Assembly (NCBI RefSeq): GCF_009914755.1
Contig: NC_060938.1
DNA: 64,000 bases
Strand: one strand, 5' to 3'
Source: the human T2T-CHM13v2.0 reference genome, Homo sapiens
Shown here: positions 1-16,145 of the stretch, piece by piece
Position numbering within the stretch: position 1 is the first letter of the stretch
Layout: each line of letters starts with the position of its first letter
Program-made: the position numbers and the translations under genes
Notes under the pieces: generated by a model
The model's input: only the letters and a program-made list of their open reading frames with translations
What the model was told of the DNA's origin: nothing
Database searches by the model: none

Positions 1-1327
<1,327 letters not shown>

Positions 1328-1908
1328 TTACTAATACTATTACATCTATACTATTGTTCTATTACAACTTTCGAAATATGTGAATGTAGTACTTTAATTT
1401 TTTAATTAAAGATTTCAACTGGCTGATGAAAAAAGCCATGGAGTTATATCAAAAACAAAAAAAGAAAATTGTCACATTGTAGCTAAAGTAGCAATAAAGC
1501 ATTATTTATACCTCTTAGAATAGAAGAACTTTAAAAGAGGGGTAACATATCATACTTAAGGTTAATGGAGAAAAGAATGTGCCCATACTTTGCTGGTAGA
1601 AATGTTGAGACCTTTTGCAGTCTGGCAAAATCTATTCAAACTAAAAAGACATGTTAATTTGGCTCAGTAATTCTATTCCTTGGAATCTATCAAAACCACC
1701 AACATGAAATGAATACATGAAGATGATCATTGTAGTATTTTTTACAGTGGATAAAAAGAACCAAGCCAACCAAATGAATTCTCATCAGTAAGGATTAAAT
1801 AAATTCATAATTCTTATGGATATCACCAATTAAATGTACCATGTGACTTGGTAGAATTTCTATAAGGTATTCTGAGAGAAGCAAGACACAGAAAACTGGA
1901 TATATTAT

Positions 1909-2289
1909 TGTATTAGTCAATTTTCACACTGCTATAAAGATACTACCTGAGACTGGGTAATTTATGAAGAAAAGAGATTTAATTGACTCACAGTTCTGCA
2001 TGGCCAGGAGGTCTCAGGAAACTTACAATCATGGCAGAAGGCAAAGGGGGAGCAAGACATGTTTTACATGGTGACAGGAGAGAGAGAGAGCACAGGGGAA
2101 ACTGCCAGACACTTATCAAACAACCAGATCTCATGAGAACTCCCTCACTATTACAAGAACAACAAGGGGGAAACCATCCCCATGATCCAATCACCTCCCA
2201 CCAGGTCCCTTTCTCGACATCTGGGGATTACAATTCCGATTACAATTCGAGGTGAGATTTGGGTGGGGACACAGAGCCAAACCATATCA
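1909..2289 (-). mobile_element. MSTA-like MaLR solo LTR
   Basis: TG...CA termini; MST/THE1 hallmarks GAGACTGGGTAATTTATGAAGAAAAGAG, CTTACAATCATGGCAGAAGG, GAGATTTGGGTGGGGACACAGAGCCAAACCATATCA. Confidence 0.88.
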
Positions 2290-2336
2290 AATGTATTCCT
2301 AGTTTTATTTTAAAATGGCTAAAAAGCATTCAAGAA

Positions 2337-2354
2337 TATATATATGTATGTGCG

Positions 2355-2396
<42 letters not shown>
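2337..2396. repeat. (TA)n(TG)n microsatellite
   Basis: Direct reading of the sequence. Confidence 0.95.
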
Positions 2397-2397
<1 letters not shown>

Positions 2398-2782
2398 TAT
2401 ATCTTTGTAATGTATGTATATTTTATTTCTTAAAAAACTTTTAGGCTCCGGGGTGCATGTGCAGGTTTATTATATAGGTAATCTTGTGTCATGGGGGTTT
2501 GTTGTACAGATTATTTCGTCACCAACTTACTAAGCCTAGTATCCATTAGTTATTTTTTTGCTGATTCTCTCCCTTCTCTCACCCGCCACCCTCAAGTGGG
2601 CCCCAGTGTCTGTTGTTCCCTTTTTTGTCCATGTGTTCTCATCATTTAGCTCCCACTTATAAGTGAGAACATGCAGCATTTGGTTTTCTGGTTCCTGCGT
2701 TAGTTTGCCAAGGATAATGGCTTCCAGCTCCATCTGTGTGCCCATAAAGGACATGTTCTCATCCTTTTTTATGGTTGCATAG

Positions 2783-3130
<348 letters not shown>

Positions 3131-3570
3131 TAGTCTACCACTGATGGGCATTTAGGTTGATTCCACGTCTTTGCTACTGTAAATAGTGCACAATGAACAT
3201 TCACGTGCATGTGTCTTTATAGTAGAATAATTTATATTCCTTTAGGTATATACTCAGTAATGAGACTGCTGAGTTGAATAATAGTTCTGTCTTTAGGTCT
3301 TTGAGAAATCACCACAGTCTTCCACAACGGGTAAACTAATTTACACTCCCACCAACAGTGTATAAGCATTCCCTTTTCTCCACTACCTTGCCATCTGTTA
3401 TTTTTGACTTTTTAGTAATAGCTATTCTGACTGATGTGAGATAGTACCTCATTGCGGTTTTGATTTGCATTTCTCTAATGATCAATGATGTTGAGCTTTT
3501 TTTCATATGCCTGTTGGCTGCATGTATGTCTTCTTTCGAAAGCTGTCTGTTCATGTTATTTGCTCCCACC

Positions 3571-3871
3571 TTTTTTTTTTTTTTTTTGAGACAGGGTGTT
3601 GCTCTGTCACCTAGGCTGGAGTGCAATGGCACAATCTCAGCTCACTGAAGCCTCTGTCCCTGGGTTCAACTGATCCTCCTACCTCAACCTCCCAGGTAGC
3701 TGAGACTACAGGCGCACACCATCACGCCATTTTTTTTTTTTTCAAATTCTGAGTAGAGACAGGGTATCGCCATGTTGCCCAGGCTGATCTCAAACTTCTG
3801 AGCTCAAGTGATCCACTTGCCTCAGCCTCCCAAAGTGCTGGGATTACAAGTGTGAGCCGCTGCATCCGGCC
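3571..3871 (-). mobile_element. AluJb-like element
   Basis: Antisense Alu with J-type features (GAGACAGGGT, GATCCTCCTACCTC, GTTGCCCAGGCTG, CTGAGCTCAAGTGATCC). Confidence 0.88.
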
Positions 3872-4659
3872 TCACTTACCCACTTTTTAATGTATTTTTT
3901 TTTCTTGTAAGTTTATGTTCCTTATAGATGCTAGATATTAGGCCTTTGTCAGAGGCATAGTTTGCAAATGTTTTCTCCCATTCTGTAGGTTGTCTGTTTA
4001 CTCTGTTAATAGTTTCTTTTGCTGTGTAGAAGCTCTTAAGCTTAATTACATCTGATTTGTCAATTTTTGCTTTTGTTTCAATTGCTTTTGATGTCTTTGT
4101 CATGAAATCTTGTCCATTCCTCTATCCAGAAAGGTATTGCCTATGTTGTCTTCCAGGGTTTTTATAGTTTTGGGTTTTACATTTAAGTCTTTAATCCACC
4201 TTGAGTTGATTTTTGTATACATAAGAAAGGAGTCCGATTTCAATCTTCTGCATATGGCTAGCCAGTTATCCCAACACCATTTATCAAATAGGGAGTCCTT
4301 TCCCTATTGCTTGGTTTTGTCAGCTTTGTCGAAGATCAGATGGTTGTAGGTATGCAGACTTATTTCTCACCTCTCTATTCTGTTCCAAGTAATGTATGTA
4401 TATTTTCATTTGACTGAACAAGCATACAGAAAAAATATGGTAAATTATAAGCCAGGTTATTACTGTTACAGGGCAGAAGTAATGCTCACATTTATATACA
4501 TATTTTAAATTGTATTTATGCATATAGATGTAAGTTTCAAAATAAATTTTTTAAATGCTGTAAAAATGCTAACTCCGTTAAGACATAGCTCTTAATGGCT
4601 AGAAAGGACAGACAGAAAATCAAACTCTCTGTGGTTGCATGTTTAATAGAAGCACTTGT

Positions 4660-6225
4660 TTCTATCACCCCAAATCAGCTGTCTTTCATCAGTGACATCT
4701 AAATCTGATCTCTCGAGCTTTCTTACCTTGACCTCTGAAATTATGCACAGTAGCCCCAACCCTTGTCTTACTGCTCCCCCATCTTCACAAAAGCTAACAC
4801 TTCATCTCTGCTCTAGAGACCACCATCTCCTGCCCTTTCCAGCAACTATCATACATGTACTCTCTTCTGTCTCTTCAGTCCCTTCCTCCAGCTATGGGCT
4901 CAAATCTCTTCTCCCCAAGATTCTTTTCTACTTGAGAACTCCTTGCACAGTCAGATTTCACAAGAGTAAAATGGTCTGTTTTAATCATCTATTGATGACT
5001 TTCAAACTTCAATCTTTTTTTTTCTAGTCTAAGCTCCCTATATCCAATAGCCTACACATCATCTCCACCAAGGCATCTCAAGGCATTTCAGACTCAGCAT
5101 GTCTGTTAGTCTGCTACAGTTGCTATAACAGAATACCACAGCCTAGGTGGCTTAAACAGCAGAAATTTATTTCTCACAGTTCTAGAGACTGGAATTTCAA
5201 GATTAAGGAGTTGGCAGGTTTGGCTTTTCCTGAGGCCCCTCTCCTTGGGTTGCAGGTGATCACCTTCTCACTGTGTCCTCACAGAGCCTTTTCACAGTGC
5301 ATGCACACATCTGGTGCCTCTTACTCCTCTAAAAAGAACACCAGTCATACTGGAATAGAGCCCCACCCTAACAGATCTCCTCTTTAAAGACCCTATCTCT
5401 AAATAAAATCACATTCTGAGGTAATGGGAGTTTTAGGACTTTTCCTATCCATTTGTCACAGAAAAAGGTATCAACCCAAACTCCAGAGCGAGAAACCTGA
5501 GAGTTATCTTTGGTTCCCCTTTTCTTTCCCCATGCTCCAATTCTTTCCAATTGTTCACCAAATGCAGCCTCTACATCTCCATTACCACTGCCATGGCCAG
5601 AGATCATTACTACCCTCTTAGACTACTGCAACAACACTCAACCATTTTTTCTAGCAACCAGCCAGCCCCCACTCAATCTAGCCTCCACTCTGCTAGTAGA
5701 ACAATCTATATTCATTCAATGATAAAACCTAGTAATGGTGTATCCTGCTTAGACACCTCCACTCTATCATTCACAGGAAAAAATCCAAACTCTTTTGCTT
5801 GGCTTAAAGCTTTTCCTATTAACTGTCTTCAATCTAGGGTTTCATCTTATCTTCCAGCATTCTATCCACTTATAACCTGAGTTCCAACAACACAAAACAA
5901 ATATGTCACCAAATCCATCCTGCCCTCTCACCCTGCTTTGCTCATTCTGTTCCCTAGCCTTGGAATGCCATTTCTTCTCTTCTCCTTCAGGTAAGGTTCT
6001 AACTATTCTTCAAGGACCAAATCAAAGTTCCTCTACAAAGTCTTTTCAGTATTCTTCAGTCAGTCCCTCTTCTATTCCCCCAAACTCTGTATCTATATTA
6101 TACACATTTATTCAGTTATAGTAATTTTACAGCTTATTTTTTCTTTCTTCTCCACCAGGCTATATATGTCTCAAAGATAAAGGCACTATTTCTTTGGCAC
6201 TCAATAATGTTTTTCCCATGAATGG
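4660..6225 (+). mobile_element. Degenerate L2 LINE, split by an MLT1 LTR
   Basis: Pyrimidine-rich L2 motifs (CATCTCAAGGCATTTCAGACTCAGCATGTC, GACTACTGCAACA) and an L2 3' end (GGCACTCAATAATGTTT...GAATG). Confidence 0.65.
5104..5460 (-). mobile_element. MLT1 (A/B/C-like) MaLR LTR
   Basis: GCTATAACAGAATACCACAGCCTAGGTGGCTTAAACAGCAGAAATTTATTTCTCACAGTTCTAGAG and AAAGACCCTATCTCTAAATAAAATCACATTCTGAGGT. Confidence 0.85.
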
Positions 6226-6774
6226 TTGCAGAGCGTTCAGACAGCCCTTTGACCCATAGCTTCCCAAACTCAACAGTCCCAAATGGAACTCACAGTCTCC
6301 GCTTTCATGAGTTCCCCTCCCAATGTTCATGTTCCTGCCATGGAACCCACTATTTTTCTTGGACATATGGGGTTCAAATCTTGGACTGCTCTTGAATTTC
6401 ATCTCTGCCTTCATTACCAAGATAAAATCAGCTGCCAAAGTGTAGATGTTTGTTCCTCAAAAAGTCGCTGCTCCTACCAGAAACTAAGTCTGCACCACTT
6501 CTACCTGCCTGCCCTATCCTGGCATCCCTGCTTTCAGCCTCTCTCAACCCAAATCCACTAAATGCCATTTCTGGACAGTTTTCCTTAAACATCACATTTA
6601 AAGTATTGTTTTAGAGGATCCCTATTTCCTAAGGAGTTTATTTCAAACTCCTCACTCTGGCATTCGGAGAAGTAAAATCACGGATCTGCCCTTACTTCCC
6701 ACAGCTACCCATCATAGACTCCAGGTACATCATTCACATTCCCTGACAACATTCTCTCTCTTTCTATGCCCCAC

Positions 6775-7500
6775 ACCATTCATTCAATACCCTGCTCATT
6801 TATTCATTACATATTTACTGGGAACCCTCTCTATGCCAGTCACTGTGGCAGGCTCTGGTGATAAAAAGGTAAGGTTCATGCTTTCATATAAACCAGTTGT
6901 TCTCTAATTTTACTGTACCCGCCAAATAACTAAGGTGCTGTTAGAATGAAGATGCCTACAGTACCCTCCCCTAAAGATTCATATTTGTACATGCAAAGTG
7001 GCACCTAGAAAAGTTAACGCTTACCAAATACCTAAGTGACTCCAATAGACCCCACTTAGAGGTACAGTGATATAAACTGACAATAAAACCTAAGAATCAT
7101 GCATGAAGTAAACATAGGTTATTACGGGAACACACTATACTACTTGAAAGTCATATTAGTAAGGTAAAGAAGATGGGTATGGAGAGATTGCTGAGGGGAG
7201 GACCTTCCATGAAGAGGGAACAGCTGTGCAAAGCAAAGTCTCAAAAGGCTGGGAACAATGATGGTGCTGCAAATAGCTCAACGAGGTTGGATCAAAGAGT
7301 CCAGTGGGAAGGCATGGGAAATGAGAAACAAGGCTGACTATACAGTACAGACCTGTCTAAAGACAATAGAACTAAAGTAGGGGAATGACATGATTAGATT
7401 CATTTCATAAAGATCAATCTGAAGGATGGAGTATGGGAGGGCAAGTCTTGAGCCCAAGAGAACATTTAGAGACAATTGACACCATCTAAACAAAAAATGT
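6775..7500 (-). mobile_element. L2 fragment interrupted by a MER5-like hAT element (~6893-7062)
   Basis: Antisense L2 3' end (TCATTTATTCATTACATATTTACTG...ATGCCAGTCACTGTG); inner segment starts CAGTTGTTCTC and has a MER5-like body. Confidence 0.5.
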
Positions 7501-8079
7501 AAAGAAACCCAGAATAACAGCTCTGTCAGTTACTCCTTCTGTAACCTCTATTCAGTAACCGTGCTCCCAGAATCACTACCAAGATAGGGCCTCAAACCTC
7601 TCCCCACTGCTACACTTAACTGTGCCCCACCTCTCCATTCCCCCTTCAAGGTCCTGGAGAAGGGTGACAGAAGAAAAAAGAAATTATGACAGTACTGGAA
7701 GATGCCCACCAACAATTGGAATTGAGAATTTCACACTGTTCACTCCTCAAACAGCTGGTGAAAATCTCCGTTCTATTTTGTGCCCTATTCTGCAGTAGTG
7801 ATGCTCATGGGTACATGCCTCAGGCCTCTGGCTGCATCTCTGTCTTCAGCTTGACTGTTGGTATTTCAATCACAGGATGTTTTTTCTTGTTCATTGTTCT
7901 TTACTTTTATTTTTTCAAATAATATGCACACGTTTTAAAAACTGTTAATAGTACTAAAAGGTTTATAATGAAGAACAGCAGTACTCCCCACTCTCTCCTT
8001 CCCTATCCCAGCATCCATCTCCCCACAGACAACCACTTTTAGCTGTTTTTATGGCTTCTTTTGGTACTTTAGTCCATAT

Positions 8080-9010
8080 TTTTAAAACTTTCCCTTTATC
8101 GCAGATTTTACACATCTTGATTATGCCTTGGTGTAGTTTATTTTCATGCTTCTTGTGCTTGGGGTTTGTTGCACTTCTTAAATCTGTGGGTTTATAGTTT
8201 TCATCCAAATCAGAAAAATTTTATCATTACATCTTCACATATTTTTCTCCCCCAACCCTCAGAGACAACAATTACACCTATATGCGTCTGCTTGAAGTCA
8301 ACCCATAGCTCACAGATGCTTTCTGTTTTAAGTCTTTTTTCTCTGTGTTTATTTTGGATGGTTTTGATCATTATCTCTTCAGGTTTATTCATCTTTTCTT
8401 CAGTGATGTGTAATCTTCTGTTAATCCGTTTGGGTGCATTTTTCATCTCAGATTTAGCAGTTTTCATCTATACCTCAATTTGGGTATATCTTCCATGTCT
8501 CTAACATGCTGAATTTTCCTTCTACCTTTTTGAACATGAGCTCTTAATCATTCCCTCTAATCCTTCCTGATGATCCTTTCCCTAACTGTGGTTCATTTTC
8601 TCAACATGCAAATACTGATCAGCACCCAGCTGACTTGAGGGAACCTCTGCAGATCTCTGGAGCTCTCATTTGGTGAACTTTTTTCCCTCTGGTACCCTTC
8701 CCTGAGAACTCCAGCCACCCTGGTCTCCCTCCCCAGCTCCATTTTCTCAACTCAAGAGTCCACCAGGCTCTACCTGCATTCCTGCTCCCTGCACCATGAT
8801 CTCAGATTTATCTCAAGGCAGCAATCTGGGGCAAATATAGGGCTCATCTCATTTGATACCTGTATCTCAGACATAATTGTCCCTGTTTGCCTGGGTCTCA
8901 ATATTTTGAAATATGCTTTTTCACATATGGTGCCCAGGTTATTTTTATTGTTTTAGCAGGAGGATACATGTGATCTCTGTTACTACTTCTTAGCTAGAAG
9001 CAGAAGTTCA
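8080..9010 (-). mobile_element. Ancient L1M 5' fragment with ORF1p remnants
   Basis: ORF 8210-8467 resembles the L1 ORF1p coiled-coil/RRM junction (SEMKNAPKRINRRLHITEEKMNKPE...ESICELWVDFKQTHIGVIVVSEG); ORF 7963-8208 continues it after frameshifts (IIKMCKICDKGKVLK). Confidence 0.75.
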
Positions 9011-9183
9011 ACAGCACATCTAAATAAAAGGCTTATGCTGACATTTTTTGATTTGTGCATTTTAGGCATTAACAATCATTTTCTTAAAGTGGTCAATGAG
9101 AATTTAGCCCTCTTCTACCACTAACACTCCCATTTTCTCTCAACTTATCCTCCCAATATGGTTTCCTCAGAATGTTCAGTTAA

Positions 9184-9939
<756 letters not shown>

Positions 9940-9959
9940 TAGTACCCTCCTAAGAGGGC

Positions 9960-11280
9960 TCTTTCAATGTAGAAATTTGTGACTTTCCATCCTATGACAT
10001 CTTCTGTTATTTATGTAATAATCTCATCTCATTTGTTTTTTCTGTTCTCTATGGAACTTACAGAAGTCCTATGCTTGATATCCTGAATTAAGCCTTCAAT
10101 TCTATCTTCTCTCTTCTATGTTCCATTTCTTTGTATTTTTGTTCTGCTTTCTAAGAGATCTACTCAATTCTACCTGTCAACCATTCTATATCAATTTTAT
10201 ATATTTTTTTATTTCCAACAGCCTTCTCTTAATAACAGCACTTAATAACTAATAATAGTACTACCAATAATAATAGCACTTATAAGCCAGGCATTGTCTG
10301 AGTGCTTTATATATATTACTTCATTTAATCTTCAACAAAGGAAGATACTATTGTTATTCTATTTGGTAAGTGATCCAGAGATGTTAATAACTTGTCCCAG
10401 GTCACATAGCTAGTAAGTGTCTTATTCTCTCTCTCTCTCTCTTTTTTTCTTATAATATTGTCTTATCTTTCTGGGGGTATTAAAGTTTAGGGTTGAGGGG
10501 TTTTTTGAAGTTGTATTTTGTTTCTTATTCTGATTCTTCTTCCAGGTTCTCATTTGTTTGTTTGTTTGTTTGGTCTCTGTCTTCCCCCCCCTCCCCACCC
10601 ACTTCTCTCTCTCTCTCTCTCTCTCTCTCTGATGTTGGCCTCTTTTCCCAAACATCTGGTGACTCTTGGTTGTCCATTCATGTTTAAGACTGAAGGACTA
10701 AAAAGCTGAGAAGGTGAATGGGGTTTGTCATTCGGTGGGTTTCATTTCATGTTGACCAAGAAGTGAGCTCATCTTTGTGTTGGGAAGTCACCATATATCA
10801 GTATTGGAAGGTCTTACTCCTAGAGTTGTTACAGTCTCTCCACAGAAGAGTCTCCATACTCGCCTTGAGGTTAGAAATTGTGGAGAGTGCCATTATAAGC
10901 TTAGCTTCAGGTCTTCTGTGAGTAGAATAAACATGAGGACTAAGGACCCCAAAATTCAGTATATAGACTTTTCAATGTATTTAATGCCAGTTTTCAATCC
11001 CATACCTCACCCTCCAATGGCATCAGTAACTGCACATCTAGAAACCTACCAAATCATTTTCTCCAGAGAACCCTGGGTCTCATGTTGTGGGGAGAAGAAG
11101 CCTGGCTACCTGAATGATGGGAAGAAAAGGGATATGGAGGAGGTCCAATCCCTATGCTCAGCCCCACACTGCCTTCCTTTCTGAGGCTCCTGGTGCCTCA
11201 AGGACAGCGTTGCAGAGGTTCTCTAGGACACACTTGTTCACTTTTAATTGATTTTCCCCTCAGTCTATACCTTCTTTTCC
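9960..11280 (-). mobile_element. HAL1/L1ME-like ancient LINE fragment, interrupted by a MIR (~10245-10420) and (CT)n tracts
   Basis: T-rich antisense LINE ORF1-type composition and motifs (TTTGTTCTGCTTTCTAAGAGATC); MIR core CTTGTCCCAGGTCACATAGCTAGTAAGTG. Confidence 0.5.
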
Positions 11281-11284
11281 ATTT

Positions 11285-11981
11285 ACACCCTAACTGGGTG
11301 AACTGCAATTCTATTCTGACACACTTAACCTGGAGTAACACCTACCTGGAGTAACATGAGATTCTTAGTGCTCCACACTAAGCTCTACTTCAGGTGCCAG
11401 CCACCAATGAAGTCCTTAGACCTCCCACACCTCTGACCAGCTGACTACAAATTGGGGGGTTTCTACAACTTCCCATCAGGTTTGGTAATTCACTAGAATG
11501 ACTCACAGAACTCACTAAAACCACTACACTTAACAATTGTAGGTCTATTATAAAGGACACATATAAGGTAAGGTCTGGGAGGGTCCCAGATATAGTGTCT
11601 ATGCCATCTCCACTTGGAGTCAGGGCATGTCACACTCCCAGCACAACAATGTGTTTAACAACAGGGAAGCTCCTCCAAACCTCAGTATGCCAAGTTTTTC
11701 AGGGTTTCATTAGGTAAGTATGGTTGATTTCATCATTGGCCATGTAGCTAAACTCAATCTCCAGCTCCTCTCCCCTCCCTGGAGGCTGGGCTAGCTGAAA
11801 GTTCCAACCCTCTAATTCTGTGCTTGGTCTTTCTGATGATCAGCCTACATCATTAAGCTATCTAGGAACCCATAACGAGCCACCTCATTAACATAACATA
11901 CCTATCAGGAAAATTCCAAGTACTTTTGAAGCTGTGTGACCGGAGTGGGGACAATGACCAGATTTATTATTTATTACAACA
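11285..11981. mobile_element. MER21-family LTR
   Basis: MER21 hallmarks CTGACCAGCTGACTACAAATTGGGGG, AATTCACTAGAATGACTCACAGAACTC, GAAAGTTCCAACCCTCTAAT, GAGCCACCTCATTAACATAAC. Confidence 0.75.
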
Positions 11982-12004
11982 TACTTTCTCTACTTATTTT
12001 ACTT

Positions 12005-12272
12005 TTCCTTTTTTTCTGTCTCCCAGGCAGAGTATAGTAGTGCAATCACAGCTCATTACAACCTGGAACTCCCCAGCTCAAGTGATCCTCCACCTTCAGC
12101 CTCTCAAGTATCTAGTACTACAGGTACCTGCCACCATGCCTGGCTAATTTTTAAAAAATTTCTTGTAGAGACAGGGTTTTGCTATGCTGTCCAGGCTGGT
12201 CTCAAACTCCTGGCCTCAAGTGATCCTCCCCCCTCGGCCTCCCAAAGTGCTGGGCTTGTAGGCATGAGCCAC
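12005..12272 (-). mobile_element. AluJ element, partly deleted
   Basis: Antisense Alu with J-type GCTCAAGTGATCCTCC and GTAGAGACAGGGT. Confidence 0.85.
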
Positions 12273-15200
12273 TAGATGAAGCACTCTACCTATTTCCTAT
12301 ATTTCCAATGTTTCCCATCTGTTAATATCTCATTCACTGTATTATTTGTCCTTATGCTTAATATCTATCATTTTTTTTCTTAGTTCCCTTGGAACAAGAC
12401 TGGGGAGAGTAAAAAAAAGGTAGAAGATTGCTCCTCTGTGTTTACTGAAAATCCCCATCACAGCAGGCTCAAGTCGTTGCTTTTCTATTAACTTACTGGA
12501 TGATCTTGGAAAAGTCACTTTATTGCTCCAGACTTTAGTGTCCACAACCATAAAATAAGAGCATTTAATCAGAACTAAGAAGATCAGATAGATATCACCA
12601 GTTCTATGACTCTTCCCATACTACCAGCTGGTCATAGAAGTCTTTTCCCCTAAGCCAGACCCAGCCTCAGAGTTATTCTCCAGAAAGCACTCTAGACAGC
12701 CAGTCTTGACCAACAGATCATAGCCAGCAAACAAACTGAACCACATTTGACATCCTAGGACTAGATGCTAAAGTGCCTTCCAGCTCTAAAATTCTAGGTG
12801 ATCCTGGTTAGATAGAGTGGTCAAAAGATGAAGTAAAAATCACATAAGTTATTATAGCTAATTGGAAACAGTCAGTAAAAGTTTCCTCAATGTCAAAGTG
12901 ATAACTGGTGATTAAATTAACGTTTAGGAAAAAAAAGCTGTGAGATCACTTCTTTTTTCAACTAATATTAGGAATACTAGAAGTTGTAACTAGGGGTTGA
13001 GAAGAGTTAGAGGAAAATATAAAAGATGTAGCTTATAGGATTTTTCACTTTCTACTCAATAATATAGGGAGAGAATGACAAAACCAGGAGTCTCTGTCTA
13101 GGATTTTCATCCACAGAAAATACCATAGATTTGCCATCTGACAGAATCCATAGGCTGGGGGTCCACAGAATCTACAGTGAAAACCTATGGTGATTTCAAC
13201 CTCAGAATTAAACAATGATTACATCATAGATTTTTCTAATCTATAAATGCTCATATATAATGTTCATTTAATTCTTTGCAAAAAGAAAAAAGTAAATCTT
13301 CGAAGAATAATTAATTGGAAGAAAGAATCACTAAAAACTTATATTATTTGTTAAAATTAATTTGTCTAAATATGTGGAGAAAAAATCCTGGAGAGTGCCA
13401 GTTAAATCAAAAATTTCCATATAAATGAAACTGGTATAACAATAACAACAAGCACAGTGGATCATACAACAAGCAAGAAAAATAAAAGTTCCCAACAATT
13501 CTTGCACTGCTGAGACAAAAGTGCTGGCTCTACATACTCCCTCCCTTTCCTGCCTAACTTCCTCAACTCCTCAAGGAGGGTCCTGCTCGTATCACAGGCA
13601 TCACGGAGCCTCACTTTGCAGGCAGAGGAGGCAACAAATACCTCTCCTTCTGCCCCTTCTGTCTCCTCAGACAGGTATGACATAACTGGTAGATGCTCGA
13701 GGAGGAAGCAACTGTGGAGGAGAGACTCTTGGACATCCTTGCTGTTCTCTCTCCTTTCCTAGAGGAAACAGCTGGAGGTCCTTTTATGTGGGGAGCTCAT
13801 TTGCCTTTGTAAAATCAAATGGAATCAGGAATTCAGTAGTTGTCTCTTTGAGGCTTACTCAAGTCAGGACTTTAAAAGAATGACTGGAAGAGTCCAAGCA
13901 CGTTTCCCAGCTAAGACTTCAAGGGATCTGCATGTGACAGGGAGTTGGGGTAGCAACTCTCTTCAGGAATAAAGAGTGTACTAGAATACACAGAGTGGCC
14001 AGAGGATCCCCAAAGCTGAAACCCTAGGGAGTTCCATCTCTGCATCAGGTTACTGTGTCAAAAGGAAACGCCTCCTCCCCCAACAAAAATTATACAAGCC
14101 CCTACAGCTGGAATTCAGGAGGAGAAAGAAGAAAGAGAAATTCTTTGTACACTTTTCACGTGGTCCCAATTCATTTGTATGCCATGTTAAGGATTAAGAT
14201 GATTCCTGCTCATGCTTGCTGACGTACATCCAAGATTATCCTGCTAAATCTCCAGAAATGCCAACTGGGAAACAAATGACGATTGTTCTCTTAAAAGATC
14301 TTTGTTTGACTGTGTGACTGTAATGGCCTGTTGGGCTCCTTCAAGTGCCAGCCTGAAGACAACAATGTAAAAAGGAAGAAAGAAAACCTTTGCAGAGCAG
14401 CAATCAAGGGCCACTGCAAGTCCAGCTCCACAAAGCCAGTGGCTGGCCTTTTAGCCAAGTGCTGAAGCAGAATGCCAGAACCAAGAGCAAGACAGACAGG
14501 CACCCGCGCATAGAGCCAGAGTAGTGCAAAGCTTCAGCACAGAACTGGGCAAAAGTTTCAGCAGTTGGGGCCAATTGTGCCCAGAGCTGGATTCAAGGCT
14601 GCTGAAGGAATCAGAACTCTTGGCACAGGAGAACTAGAGGTAGCCTTGCCAGCAGGTCCTGAAGAAGACCTGTGGTTCGCGCACACACATCCAGCAGTGC
14701 ATAAGGCTAAGGTCTGACTGTCTACAATGACTCAACACCATCCAAGTTCCCTCTTCTGTCCTGTTCCTGTACAACCTTTCCCTTGCAAGGCTGCCCTCAG
14801 AGTTCATTTCACTCCATTTCCTCTGAGAAAAATTTCTCAGGACTTCCTGGGGAGAAGAGGCAAGGGAGAAAAGGAAGGCTTTATCGCACAGTGCAATTTC
14901 CTCTGCCTAGCACTTTCCCCTCCTCACCCTTTGCCTTAGGGGTGGTTCCACTTCAGCTCTGGAGAGGGTCTTGCCTCCTCTTCTGAGCTGCCATATGAGG
15001 CCCCATCTGCCTCCACAGCAATGTCAGCACACAATAAAGGGACACTCAGAGACCTACCCTTGCTCTCTTCCCATCTCTCATTGCTGTGATCAATGGAAGA
15101 AGCCTTAGCATCATGTCTAGGTTCCCAGGAGCCAAGTATAGGACTGTCCACTTGAGGAAACTCCTGTAGGTCCATCCACTTGGAAAGGCTCAGCCTTTAG

Positions 15201-15764
15201 AGAACAAACTGAAGTATTTGTTAAATGAAATGTATTTTCACTGACATTTGGGCTCTCGATTTCTGTTCTACCAGATTTTTCTTAACCCTCTTATTTTGTA
15301 ATGGAATAGCTAAGATAACAAGGCAAGAGGAAAATGTACTCTTTATTTTAATAGTAGTTAATAAAGAGTACATTTATTTCATGTTTAACTACATTAAATC
15401 TTGCTTTAAAGCATTTGTTTTCATTATTGTACAAAGCCGATGGACAGGAACGCAAAGTTGGGAGCAAAAGCCAAAAGAAGCTGAAAGGTCTTATTTTAAA
15501 CACACAACCTTTCTCTCAGAGCTGGCTCAAGGACCTGAATGAAGACAGACAAGTGCCACAGGTCCACTGCAGTCCTAGGGTGTCATAAGACAAAGGTCTT
15601 GGGAAAACTATGGAGCCAGACAAAGTGTTTTTAATCCATATTCCGAGGACTAGGTCCTGAAGGAATGTGTTTTCCAAGAGCCCTCAAGAATCCTACTAGC
15701 ATTAGCTTGGTGAAGCTCAGTTATAAGGGGCAGTAATCCTGATGAAGGTCCAAAACAGGAAGGG

Positions 15765-16145
15765 AGAGGGTTCAGACTCCAGAGTTGGGCTCCAGAATTT
15801 AACTACTTCCAGCTGTGAAGTTGAGGGATGATACTGAACTTCTATAAGTTTCTACTGTCCTTGGCATAAAATGGGGATGATAATAATAACTACTACCTAC
15901 TGAGCACATAGCACATGCCAGGCTGTGTCTGAGATTTTCCTACTTCAACTCAGTTCATCTTTGTTCACAACCCTAAGTTTTTTACTCATACCAACCCATT
16001 TGATCCTTACAACAATCCTAGGAAGTAGATTTTATGATTATCCCTATTTTATAGATTGAAAACAGAAACACAGAAAGGTTTAAGTACCTCATGATAAGAT
16101 TGCCTGGCATATAGTAAGTACTCAATAAATGTTAGCTATTGTTAC
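15765..16145. mobile_element. Nested MIR fragments (both orientations)
   Basis: AAAATGGGGATGATAATAA, CCTATTTTATAGATTGAAAACAGAAACACAGAAAGGTT, GCCTGGCATATAGTAAGTACTCAATAAATGTTAGCTATT. Confidence 0.7.

Noticed and set aside
5972-5997. Plus-strand pyrimidine tract + CAG|GTAAGG
   Set aside because: Inside a pyrimidine-rich L2 relic, where such motifs arise by chance
7963-8467. ORFs with coiled-coil-like protein sequence
   Set aside because: Frameshifted remnants of L1 ORF1p, not a host gene
14936-15175. 79-aa ATG-initiated acidic ORF in unique sequence
   Set aside because: No recognisable homology or convincing splice/promoter context; length expected by chance
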